Positions 44,745 to 53,053 of a stretch of DNA of 64,000 nucleotides are shown here, piece after piece (the stretch's first letter is position 1; each line of letters opens with the position of its first letter). Under the pieces are notes generated by a model, which had not been told where the DNA came from, made no database searches, and saw only the letters and a list, made by a program, of their open reading frames with translations. Position numbers and translations under genes: made by a program. Source of the stretch: an uncultured Alphaproteobacteria bacterium (GTDB taxonomy: Bacteria; Pseudomonadota; Alphaproteobacteria; HIMB59; GCA-002718135); contig CACDMT010000002.1 of the NCBI GenBank assembly GCA_902553945.1, forward strand, positions 8,083 to 72,082, read 5' to 3'.

Positions 44745-45711
44745 ATAACAATTTACTCTTATTTTCTTCATCACAAAAAGAATATTTAATTGCATTATGA
44801 GTAAGTGAGGTAAGTTCTTTTTCATTAAGACCAAGATCTTCCATAACTTTATATTCTCCTTGAATAGTTGCATTAAAAAAAGGTGGGTCATCAGAATTGA
44901 CTGTCACCTTCACACCCTGATTGAATAAAGTTTTAACAGGGTGACTTTCATAATCCTCATAGATTTTTGTTGCAATGTTACTTGTTGGACATGTTTCTAA
45001 AATAATATCTTTATCAATAATTTCTTTTACTAATTCAGGATCTTCAATTGATCGAACACCATGACCTAATCTGGTTGGATGAAGTAAATTAATTGCATTA
45101 CGAATATTTTCTGGCCCATCCCATTCACCAGCATGAACAGTAATAGGAAAGTTTGCTTCTTTTAACATATCAAATGTTTTAACAAATAAATTTGGAGGAA
45201 AATGAAGTTCATCACCAGCCAAACCAAAACCGACTAAACAAGGATGTGGATTTTTTAGAACTTCCTCTGCAGTATTTTGTACTGACTCTGGTCCTAAATG
45301 TCTAATACCATTCATAATGTAACGAGCTACTATCCCAAAATCTTCTTCAGCTTTCTTTGACGCTTCATAAACACCTTCAATAAATGAATGATAAGTCATG
45401 CCTTTGTTCTTAGCATGTGTTGAGGAAATCATTGCTTCCATATAAATAACATTATTAGAAGCGCATTCTTTTAAGTATTCATAAGTTAATTCATAATAAT
45501 CTTCAGGTGTATGAATCACCGACGTCACCATGTCGTATTTTTTTAAAAAATCGTAAAAATCATCCCATTCATAAGCATACTTAGAACCAAAAAAATCATC
45601 GGGTATTTCATGATTATTTCTATCGGCAAATTTTTTACAAATTGATGGTGTTATTGTTGCTTCAAGATGAACATGAATTTCTGCTTTTTTTACATTGTTA
45701 AAAATATTCAT
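44731..45711 (-). CDS. add: adenosine (or adenine) deaminase
   Basis: 326 aa amidohydrolase with EIHVHLE, TVHAGE and VNSDDPPFF motifs. Confidence 0.8.
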   Translation of the reverse strand: MNIFNNVKKAEIHVHLEATITPSICKKFADRNNHEIPDDFFGSKYAYEWDDFYDFLKKYDMVTSVIHTPEDYYELTYEYLKECASNNVIYMEAMISSTHAKNKGMTYHSFIEGVYEASKKAEEDFGIVARYIMNGIRHLGPESVQNTAEEVLKNPHPCLVGFGLAGDELHFPPNLFVKTFDMLKEANFPITVHAGEWDGPENIRNAINLLHPTRLGHGVRSIEDPELVKEIIDKDIILETCPTSNIATKIYEDYESHPVKTLFNQGVKVTVNSDDPPFFNATIQGEYKVMEDLGLNEKELTSLTHNAIKYSFCDEENKSKLLSKLD

Positions 45712-45740
45712 ATAATTTTAAATTACTATATAATAATTAT

Positions 45741-46658
45741 ATGCAAACAAGAGTAAACAGAAGAAAGTTTATTGTATCAGCCACTTGCTCAATATGTGGC
45801 TCTGTAATTTTACCTTCTTGCGCGCAAGTTCCATTAACAAATAGAAATCAACTAAATTTATATGATAGTAATTTACCTATAGTTATTTTTCAAGGAAGTG
45901 TTGCTGGAATTCCTATTCCAAAAGTTTACGCAAATGAAAAGTCTCTTAATCAAGAAATTGATAAAGTTTATAATAAATTTATTTCTCAAGCAAAAAATGA
46001 CAAGATTTTAGTTGATAATACTGCTGAGTCTAAAAAAATAAAAGAAATAGGAACAGAAATATATTCCTCAATTAATAAATATTACCAAAATAATAATCAA
46101 AAAAATCCAATTGAAGATTTTAAATGGCAATTTGCCCTAATAGAATCTGAACAAAAAAATGCATGGTGTATGCCTGGTGGCAAAATTGCTTTTTACACTG
46201 GAATACTTCCTATTTGTAAAAATGATGACGGAATAGCTGCTGTTATGGGTCATGAAATAGCACACGCATTTGCAAGACATACAGTTGAAAAACTTACACA
46301 ATCATCAATGATTCAAATGGCTACAATAGGAATATCAAATAGTCGTTACTCACAATTACTTAATAGATCTTTTCGTATTGGTAATGTTGGAGGTAATGTT
46401 TATAACTCAGTTGTAAAATATGGAATCTTTCTTCCATTTAGTAGGAATATGGAAAGTGAGGCGGACTATCTTGGAATGGCCTTTATGAATTTAAGTGGTT
46501 TTGATATTAATGAACCTTCAAAACTTTGGGGTAGAATGATGCTTGAACAAAAAAAAAGTGTTCCAGAGTTTATGAGCTCACATCCAAATCCAGAGAACAG
46601 GTCAAATAAATTCTTGGAATGGGAAAATGAAATCAAAGATAAATTTCCCCGTGTATAA
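45741..46658 (+). CDS. M48-family Zn metallopeptidase (exported/lipoprotein)
   Basis: 305 aa with an N-terminal signal/lipobox-like ILPSC, the HExxH motif GHEIAHAFARH, and a downstream E in ESEADYLG. Confidence 0.75.
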   Translation: MQTRVNRRKFIVSATCSICGSVILPSCAQVPLTNRNQLNLYDSNLPIVIFQGSVAGIPIPKVYANEKSLNQEIDKVYNKFISQAKNDKILVDNTAESKKIKEIGTEIYSSINKYYQNNNQKNPIEDFKWQFALIESEQKNAWCMPGGKIAFYTGILPICKNDDGIAAVMGHEIAHAFARHTVEKLTQSSMIQMATIGISNSRYSQLLNRSFRIGNVGGNVYNSVVKYGIFLPFSRNMESEADYLGMAFMNLSGFDINEPSKLWGRMMLEQKKSVPEFMSSHPNPENRSNKFLEWENEIKDKFPRV

Positions 46659-46680
46659 TATTTAGTATATTAGGGATTGT

Positions 46681-47727
46681 ATGTTAGCTGTTGAAGTTCA
46701 AGATTTAAACTATTCAATTAATAATAAAAAAATTTTAAATAATATTAATTTTAATCTCAATAAAGATAGTATCTCTTGTATTTTGGGACCGTCAGGTAGT
46801 GGGAAAACTACTTTATTAAAGCTCATAGCAGGTCTTGAAAAAGTACAGTCAGGTAAAATTATTATTAATGGTGAAGAAGTAAGTAGTACTGCAAAACACT
46901 TACCTACAGAAAAAAGAAAAATTGGTTTTTTATTTCAAGATTACGCTTTATTCCCGCATTTGACAGTAAAAGAAAATTTGAGATTTCCAACTAATGCAAA
47001 AAATTCAACTAATAATGTTGATGAAATTATTGAATTAATTAAATTACCAAATTCACTAGATAAATACCCACACGAGTTAAGTGGTGGTGAACAACAGAGA
47101 GTTGCTCTTGCAAGATCTATAATTTCACAACCCGATTTACTTTTATTAGATGAGCCTTTCTCAAGTTTGGATTTAAGCCTTCGAGAAGAGGTGAGAGATG
47201 ATACGCTGCATCTTTTACAAAAATCAAATGTGTCTGTAATTATAGTCACTCATGATCCTTTCGAAGCAATGTTTATCTCAAATCATATAAATATTTTTGA
47301 TAAATCAGGTTCGATTGTACAGTCAGGAACTCCAAATGATCTCTATAACAATCCAAAAAATTCATATGTTACAGGTTTTTTTGGTGAAACAAATAAATTT
47401 GAAGGTGTTGTTAAAGAATCTCACATTTACACACCGGTTGGGAAAATTAAAACACCTGGAAATTTAGAAGGTGAAAAAGTTCTAGTACACATAAGACCTC
47501 AAGGTATAAAACTCAACAAACAACCAACACCAGTTAATGGAATTAAGGGAACCGTTGTGGCATCAAAATTAATGGGGTCATTTAGTTTTATCCATTTATC
47601 TGTGTTAGATAATAATAATGAAGTTGTTCATGTTCATAGCCACATGCCTGCTGACTTTAATCCAAAACAATCGTCTGCAGTGGAGATAGAAATTGATAAT
47701 GATCAGGCTTACATATTTAAGAATTAA
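46681..47727 (+). CDS. fbpC: ABC transporter ATP-binding protein, FbpC/PotA type (Fe3+-type importer)
   Basis: 348 aa with Walker A GPSGSGKTT, signature LSGGEQQRV and a C-terminal TOBE-like domain. It is convergent with the cognate permease and SBP genes. Confidence 0.75.
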   Translation: MLAVEVQDLNYSINNKKILNNINFNLNKDSISCILGPSGSGKTTLLKLIAGLEKVQSGKIIINGEEVSSTAKHLPTEKRKIGFLFQDYALFPHLTVKENLRFPTNAKNSTNNVDEIIELIKLPNSLDKYPHELSGGEQQRVALARSIISQPDLLLLDEPFSSLDLSLREEVRDDTLHLLQKSNVSVIIVTHDPFEAMFISNHINIFDKSGSIVQSGTPNDLYNNPKNSYVTGFFGETNKFEGVVKESHIYTPVGKIKTPGNLEGEKVLVHIRPQGIKLNKQPTPVNGIKGTVVASKLMGSFSFIHLSVLDNNNEVVHVHSHMPADFNPKQSSAVEIEIDNDQAYIFKN

Positions 47728-47730
47728 GTT

Positions 47731-49326
47731 TTAGTTTTTTATTGATTTAGTAATTGTTCTGTTAAGAAAAATTACCGGTCCTAATCCAGCAATAACGATA
47801 ATTAGAGCTGCAAATGCTGACTCCTCCAACATTTCATCAGAAGCATATTGATAAACATAGGTTGCTAGTGTCTCAAAATTAAATGGTCTTAATAAAAGAG
47901 TTATTGGAAGTTCTTTTAAGATGTCTACAAAAACTAATATTCCTCCAACTAATAAATTTGTATACAGCAAGGGTAATATAATTTTTATTATACTTTTGAA
48001 AAAACTAACACCCATTGTTCTTGATGCATCTAATAAATTTGGATGAATTCTTGAAATACCTGATGTAATGGCTCCATTACCAACAGCTAAAAATCTTATA
48101 CTATACGCAAATAATAAAATTATAAATCCACCAACAGCATAACTCATACGAAAATAAATTAAATCATTAAGCCAACCAACAAATACCACTATTCCAACAG
48201 CAAGAATTGTTCCTGGAAAAGCATAACCAGAAGAAGCAAAAAATATTAAAATTTTTTGGAAATTATTTGATTTATATACTCCAACTATAATCATTAATAA
48301 GGAGAGCAACATAATGAATGATGAAGAAATAAATGCTAAGGATATGCTTGATAGTGTTATTTGAAAAATTTCAATAAAATTTATTATAGAATAACCTTTA
48401 ATTACAAAATTCAATAAAATTGAAACAGGTATTATAAAACCAAGACTTAAAGGTATTAGGCAAATTAAAAACAATAAAGAATTTTTAACACCAGAAACTG
48501 TTTGGGTTGGTGTATAAGATGCACCACTGTACTTTTCATGAAATCTTCTGCTACGCCTACCCAAATACTCTAAAGTTAAAAGTACTATAACAATCATAAA
48601 TAAAATACTAGAAATCTGTGATGCACCAGATAGACTATTCATTCCTAGCCAAACATTAAATACACCTAAGGTTAATGTTTCAATTGCAAAATAATCAACT
48701 GTCCCAAAATCAGAAATTGTTTCCATTAGTACTAAGGCCAAACCAGCAATTATACCTGGACGACCAAATGGAATAGCGACATTGAAGAAGGAATTCCTTC
48801 CATAAATAGAACTGGTTTGAAAAAAAGATATAGGTGTCGTTATAAATGATGCTCTAGTCATTAAATATACGTATGGATACAATACAGAAGACATTACCAA
48901 AATTGCACCTCCCATTGATCTCACATTTGGAAACCAGTAATCTTTCGAGCTCGTCCAACCAAATATATCTCTTAACAATGATTGAAGAGGACCAGCATAT
49001 TCAAAAAAGTCGGTATAAGTATAGGCAATAATATAAGCTGGAACAGCAGCTGGTAATAATAACATCCATTCAAAAAATTTTTTCCCAAAAAAATTATATC
49101 TTGTCACTATCCAAGCAGTAGTCAAACCAAAGACTAAACTTAATCCTCCAACACCAAACATTAGAATTATTGTATTGGAGAAATATCTGGGCAAAACAGT
49201 AGAAAATAGATGTGGCCATAGTGATGTATCGCCTAAGATCGCGTAATAAAATATTGAAAAAATAGGGGCGATAATTACTAAAGCAATTATCGCCACAGAA
49301 TTAGACCATAAATTAAAATTTATCAA
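47731..49326 (-). CDS. fbpB: Fe3+-type ABC transporter permease (fused two-domain, FbpB-like)
   Basis: 531 aa with two BPD-type permease halves (about 12 TM). It is adjacent to an FbpA-like SBP. Confidence 0.75.
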   Translation of the reverse strand: MINFNLWSNSVAIIALVIIAPIFSIFYYAILGDTSLWPHLFSTVLPRYFSNTIILMFGVGGLSLVFGLTTAWIVTRYNFFGKKFFEWMLLLPAAVPAYIIAYTYTDFFEYAGPLQSLLRDIFGWTSSKDYWFPNVRSMGGAILVMSSVLYPYVYLMTRASFITTPISFFQTSSIYGRNSFFNVAIPFGRPGIIAGLALVLMETISDFGTVDYFAIETLTLGVFNVWLGMNSLSGASQISSILFMIVIVLLTLEYLGRRSRRFHEKYSGASYTPTQTVSGVKNSLLFLICLIPLSLGFIIPVSILLNFVIKGYSIINFIEIFQITLSSISLAFISSSFIMLLSLLMIIVGVYKSNNFQKILIFFASSGYAFPGTILAVGIVVFVGWLNDLIYFRMSYAVGGFIILLFAYSIRFLAVGNGAITSGISRIHPNLLDASRTMGVSFFKSIIKIILPLLYTNLLVGGILVFVDILKELPITLLLRPFNFETLATYVYQYASDEMLEESAFAALIIVIAGLGPVIFLNRTITKSIKN

Positions 49327-49343
49327 AACAGTTAACCTATAGT

Positions 49344-50357
49344 TTACCAGCCTACTCTATCAATGATTTTCTGAGCTACGGGAGCAAGTTCTGCAAGTTT
49401 TTCAACAGGCAGTTTATCTTCTTTAAACTCGCCCCATGATTTTAACTCATCAGTTAATTGCATATCTGGATTAACCGGATATTCATAGTTTATAGAACTG
49501 TAAAGGACTTGTGCTTTTGGCTGAGTCAAAAATTCAAGTAGTGCAATCGCATTGTCTTTATTTTTAGAGTACTTAATTACACCTCCACCAGCAACATTAA
49601 TATGATTCCCTCTGTCTTCTTGATTAGTAAAAACTAACTCTATTGAGTTAGCCCAATCTTTTTGTTCTGGATTCTTTTCATTAAATTTCATTTTTCCAAA
49701 ATAATAGGTATTCATTACAGCAATATCACAAACACCTTCATAAATTGCTTTTGCTTGAGCTCTATCATTACCTTCAGGTTTTCGTGCTAAATTTGCAACG
49801 ATACCTGCTGCCCATTCTTCAGCTATAGCTTCTCCATTTGCAGCAATTATTGAAGCTAAGAGAGATCTATTGTAGTCATGGCTACCAGGTCTTGTGCAAA
49901 TTTTACCTTTCCATTTTATATCAGATAGATCTTCTATTCTTTTAATTGAGTTTTTTTTCACTCTTTCTTTTGAGATTGCAACAATTCTAGCTCTCTTTGA
50001 AAGCGCAAACCATTTATTATTACTATCTCTTAGGTGATTTGGGATATTCATTTGTAAAATATCTGAGTTAATTGGTTGTAATATATCCTTTTCAACAAAT
50101 TGGTTTAATCTTGCTATATCAACTGTTAAAACCAAATCAGCTGGTGTATCTTCACCTTCAGCTAAAACTCTTTCTAGTAATCCTTTTTTTGCATGTAAAA
50201 CATTTACCTTTATGCCAGTCGATTTTGTAAATTCCTCAAAGAAAGGATCTATTAAAATCGGCTGCCTGTAAGAATAAACATTAACCTCTTTGGCAAACAA
50301 GTTTAGTGAAATGGTAGATGCAATTAGTATCAATAGTAATCTAAAAATAATTTTCAT
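49344..50357 (-). CDS. fbpA: Fe3+-type ABC transporter substrate-binding protein (FbpA/SfuA-like)
   Basis: I place the start at MKIIFRLLLIL (signal peptide; GAAAGG lies upstream) rather than the 24-codon extension in the ORF track. The family pattern is VNVYSYRQP...RVLAEG. Confidence 0.75.
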   Translation of the reverse strand: MKIIFRLLLILIASTISLNLFAKEVNVYSYRQPILIDPFFEEFTKSTGIKVNVLHAKKGLLERVLAEGEDTPADLVLTVDIARLNQFVEKDILQPINSDILQMNIPNHLRDSNNKWFALSKRARIVAISKERVKKNSIKRIEDLSDIKWKGKICTRPGSHDYNRSLLASIIAANGEAIAEEWAAGIVANLARKPEGNDRAQAKAIYEGVCDIAVMNTYYFGKMKFNEKNPEQKDWANSIELVFTNQEDRGNHINVAGGGVIKYSKNKDNAIALLEFLTQPKAQVLYSSINYEYPVNPDMQLTDELKSWGEFKEDKLPVEKLAELAPVAQKIIDRVGW

Positions 50358-50371
50358 ATAACCTTTCTTTT

Positions 50372-50394
50372 GTGGAGATAATGAATATCTCCAC
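50372..50394 (-). promoter_or_regulatory. 9-bp-stem hairpin/palindrome in the fbpA leader with a Fur-box-like half
   Basis: GTGGAGATA-ATGAA-TATCTCCAC, 15 nt upstream of the fbpA ATG. The embedded GATAATGA equals the first 8 nt of the classical Fur box (12 of 19 positions match overall). Confidence 0.35.
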
Positions 50395-50515
50395 GTTCTA
50401 TGATTAAGAATCTGATTAATTAATAGCAAATAATGAAATATATTTTTTTTTAAATTATATTTGTTTTCAGTGTTAATGTATTTGATGACTTTAGAATAAT
50501 TCTAAATAAAAAAAT

Positions 50516-51103
50516 TTATATAATTAAATAGAATCCAAATATTGCACATCCAAGGCCAAGTGCTCTCAATATTATATTCAAAAAATTATTTTTAATTAGT
50601 GCTAAGCCTATGCCTACACCAAAAAGGTGGAGAGCTGCTGTACCTGATGAAAACCCCAAAGCAAATAATAATGGGTTTGCAGCCCAAGGCATTTCAATGC
50701 CATGAGCTAGTCCATGGAAAGAGCCAAAAAATGCCACAGCTATCATGATAATATTTGTTGGTAATTTTTTTTCTATTGCAACGGATAGACCTAAAAAAAT
50801 TACTGAAAAAATTATGCCCCATTCAATCATATCAGAGAGTGTAATAGCAAGTATTTCTATAAATAAACCTGCTGCTCCCCCCACAATCATAAATAGAACA
50901 AATAAAGAGGGAACTGTCCAAATGGCTCTACCGCCAATTTGTGAACTAACCACTCCAACACAAACCATTGCTAAAAAATGATCTAATCCTAAAACAGGGT
51001 GTGAAAGACCATCATAAAAACCATTCATTCCAGTAAAGGTATGAGCATAAAGAGGCTTAATAATTAAAAGTATGCTTATGAATAAGAAATATCTTAGCAT
51101 CAT
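50516..51103 (-). CDS. hupE: HupE/UreJ-family metal (Ni/Co) transporter
   Basis: 195 aa. The signal peptide would leave an N-terminal His (LYA|HTFTG). It has the GLSHPVLGLDHFLAMVCVG signature. Confidence 0.8.
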   Translation of the reverse strand: MMLRYFLFISILLIIKPLYAHTFTGMNGFYDGLSHPVLGLDHFLAMVCVGVVSSQIGGRAIWTVPSLFVLFMIVGGAAGLFIEILAITLSDMIEWGIIFSVIFLGLSVAIEKKLPTNIIMIAVAFFGSFHGLAHGIEMPWAANPLLFALGFSSGTAALHLFGVGIGLALIKNNFLNIILRALGLGCAIFGFYLII

Positions 51104-51111
51104 TTTTAATC

Positions 51112-51786
51112 CTATACCCTTCTTCTAAAAAATATTTTTTTTATTAAGAAATAAATAATTGTTATTAAAACTAAAAGAGCAATATGAGGAATGTAGGCGC
51201 GAATATCAAATTTTTGCCAATGTACAATATCCATAAATGGACCAATATAGAGAATGATAGGCGTCCAAGTTAATATTTGTTCCCATAGATTGGATCCAAA
51301 AAATTCTGCCTCACCAACTGCGAGTGAATAATGTCCTGTGTTATCGTCGTTAAATACTTTTATATAATAGGTGCCAGCATCAATTGTAAAACTTGTTTTA
51401 AATTCTTCATTTCTTTCAGTTCCTATTTCAGGACCTTTCCAATACCAATCTCTAGCATAAGGTTCATACCAAGCATTCCACTCAAAATCTTCACCCTCTG
51501 CTTTATAAATAACTTTTTTATTTTCATCTAAAACTTCAAGAGATAACCATTTGTAATTATCATTCACTTTTGGACTTAAGATTCCTGTATAAAATAAAAA
51601 ATCACTATCACTATTTATTTTATAATAATGCGGTTCTCCTTCTAACTTAGAATAATATGCTTTTGAAATTTCTGGGTAAACTACCTCATGTGGATTATCG
51701 AACGATGGTGAATAATTTATTAATTTAGGTTGATGGGCAAAAATTGATAGAGGATAAAAAACTAAAAGAAAAATAAAAATTTTCAT
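51112..51786 (-). CDS. exported protein with C-terminal TM anchor, function unknown
   Basis: 224 aa. The signal peptide would leave an N-terminal His (IFA|HQPKL). The body is beta-rich and Trp/Tyr-rich, with a C-terminal hydrophobic helix followed by RRRV. It lies 8 nt upstream of hupE. Confidence 0.5.
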   Translation of the reverse strand: MKIFIFLLVFYPLSIFAHQPKLINYSPSFDNPHEVVYPEISKAYYSKLEGEPHYYKINSDSDFLFYTGILSPKVNDNYKWLSLEVLDENKKVIYKAEGEDFEWNAWYEPYARDWYWKGPEIGTERNEEFKTSFTIDAGTYYIKVFNDDNTGHYSLAVGEAEFFGSNLWEQILTWTPIILYIGPFMDIVHWQKFDIRAYIPHIALLVLITIIYFLIKKIFFRRRV

Positions 51787-51834
51787 AATGACTTATAAAA
51801 ATTAAATTTAGGTTTTTCAATATTTGTAAAGTTT

Positions 51835-51852
51835 GGGGCCACTTTGGGCCCC
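51835..51852 (-). terminator. GC-only hairpin just downstream of the sHSP gene
   Basis: GGGGCC-N6-GGCCCC, 10 nt after the sHSP stop (51862). The trailing U-run is weak, so it may act as a terminator or as a stabiliser. Confidence 0.45.
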
Positions 51853-51861
51853 TATCCACGA

Positions 51862-52299
51862 CTATTTAATAGAAATAAGTCTAGCTTTTTTTTCTTCTGG
51901 AATAATTCTCTCCAAATCTATTGTTAAAAGTCCATTTTGCAATTCCGCATCTTTTACTTTGATATCTTCTGAAATTGTAAACGATCTTTCAAACTGTCTA
52001 GTTGAGATTCCTTTATGAATAACGCCGTTACCATTCTCATTAACCACTTTTTCTTTTGGTTTATTGCGAACGGTTAAGTTACTTTCTTTTAATTCAATCT
52101 CAATATCATCTTTACTATATCCAGCAAGTGCGACTTCAATTTTGTAATTGTTTTCATCAACTCTATGAATATTGTAAGGTGGATAGTTTGTATTGTATCG
52201 TTCAGTGGACTCTAACATTCTATCAAATTCATCGAAAATCGAGTCAAATCCAACAGAAAAGGGTCTTAGAGAATTCCAAACGGATAGGTTTCTAGTCAT
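51862..52299 (-). CDS. ibpA: small heat-shock protein (Hsp20/IbpA family)
   Basis: It has an alpha-crystallin domain (YNIHRVDENNYKIEVALAGYSKDDIEIEL...NGLLTIDL). I place the start at MTRNLS (52299), 6 nt after AAAGGAG. Confidence 0.85.
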   Translation of the reverse strand: MTRNLSVWNSLRPFSVGFDSIFDEFDRMLESTERYNTNYPPYNIHRVDENNYKIEVALAGYSKDDIEIELKESNLTVRNKPKEKVVNENGNGVIHKGISTRQFERSFTISEDIKVKDAELQNGLLTIDLERIIPEEKKARLISIK

Positions 52300-52359
52300 A
52301 ATAACTCCTTTAATAAGCAAGTTTGTTTGTTAGCACCCACAATGGCATACTAATAGTTA
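52300..52359 (-). promoter_or_regulatory. possible ROSE-like RNA thermometer in the ibpA leader
   Basis: The leader ends ...ACAAACUUGCUUAUUAAAGGAGUUAUUAUG. The UUGCU motif (52320..52316) can pair with the AGGAG SD (52309..52305), leaving a G-G mismatch as in ROSE elements. Confidence 0.3.
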
Positions 52360-52389
52360 TGATGTGGTGATGATTATACTTATTTCAAG
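52360..52389 (-). promoter_or_regulatory. candidate sigma-32 (RpoH) promoter for ibpA
   Basis: The minus strand reads CTTGAA-N16-CCACATCA. The E. coli consensus is CTTGAA-N13-17-CCCCATNT. Confidence 0.4.
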
Positions 52390-52396
52390 TCTTAAA

Positions 52397-53053
52397 TTAT
52401 TTTTTTCTTATAAATGATAAACCATCAGAGAGGGGTAAAAGAGAGAACTCAACCCTATTATCATTTTGAATTTTCAAATTTAAATCACGTATAGTATTTG
52501 TTTGAGAATCATTTTTATTTTCATTAGCTACATCACCATGCCAAAGCATATTATCAATAATGATAATTCCATTTGATGGTATTAAATTAAGAGATAGTTC
52601 ATAGTAATTAGGGTAATTTTTTTTATCAGCATCAATAAAAATTAAATCAAAAGAATGTTGGCGGTCTATCATGCTCTGCATTACTTCAATACCATCACCA
52701 ATAATTGACTCTATTTTTGCACTTACATTATCCATATCCCAATATTTTTTTGCTAAAGATAGAAACTCATCAGAATTATCAATTGAGATAATTTTACCTT
52801 TTTCAGAAAGACCTCTTGCTATAAAAAGTGTACTCATTCCTGTAAACCTTCCAATTTCTAAACAAGAATTTGCGTTAGATATTTTTGTAATAATTTCAAG
52901 AAACTGCCCTTGTTCTTTTGCAATTTGCATTTGTGAAACGCTGCCTAGTTTTGATGTTTCATGTGCCAAATCGTTAATTATTTTATCATCCCGGTATCCA
53001 ACTTTTTGGAGGTATTGAACTATGTTTTTATTAATTTCAGTTTGAGTACTCAT
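52397..53053 (-). CDS. class I SAM-dependent O-methyltransferase (caffeoyl-CoA OMT-like family 3)
   Basis: 218 aa with LEIGRFTGMSTLFIA (motif I) and the metal-binding pattern LIFIDADKKNYPNYYE. Confidence 0.8.
   Translation of the reverse strand: MSTQTEINKNIVQYLQKVGYRDDKIINDLAHETSKLGSVSQMQIAKEQGQFLEIITKISNANSCLEIGRFTGMSTLFIARGLSEKGKIISIDNSDEFLSLAKKYWDMDNVSAKIESIIGDGIEVMQSMIDRQHSFDLIFIDADKKNYPNYYELSLNLIPSNGIIIIDNMLWHGDVANENKNDSQTNTIRDLNLKIQNDNRVEFSLLPLSDGLSFIRKK

Noticed and set aside
51787-51861. Possible cobalamin or nickel-cobalt riboswitch ahead of the exported-protein/hupE pair.
   Set aside because: The gap is about 75 nt, too short for a cobalamin riboswitch. Most of it is taken up by the ibpA-side GC hairpin.
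13658-52320. N-terminal extensions in the ORF track: SET 13658..13732, arsC 20343..20441, phnW 23558..23599, MetE-like 29470..29496, fbpA 50358..50429 and ibpA 52300..52320. pstS 12093..12104 and the permease 34909..34935 are possible further cases.
   Set aside because: - The extensions add non-conserved, often hydrophobic or junk-like residues ahead of the point where family-typical N-termini or signal peptides begin.
- In several cases a good SD (GGAGG, AAGAGGA, AAAGGAG) precedes the internal Met.
- In several cases the extension overlaps another gene or a hairpin.
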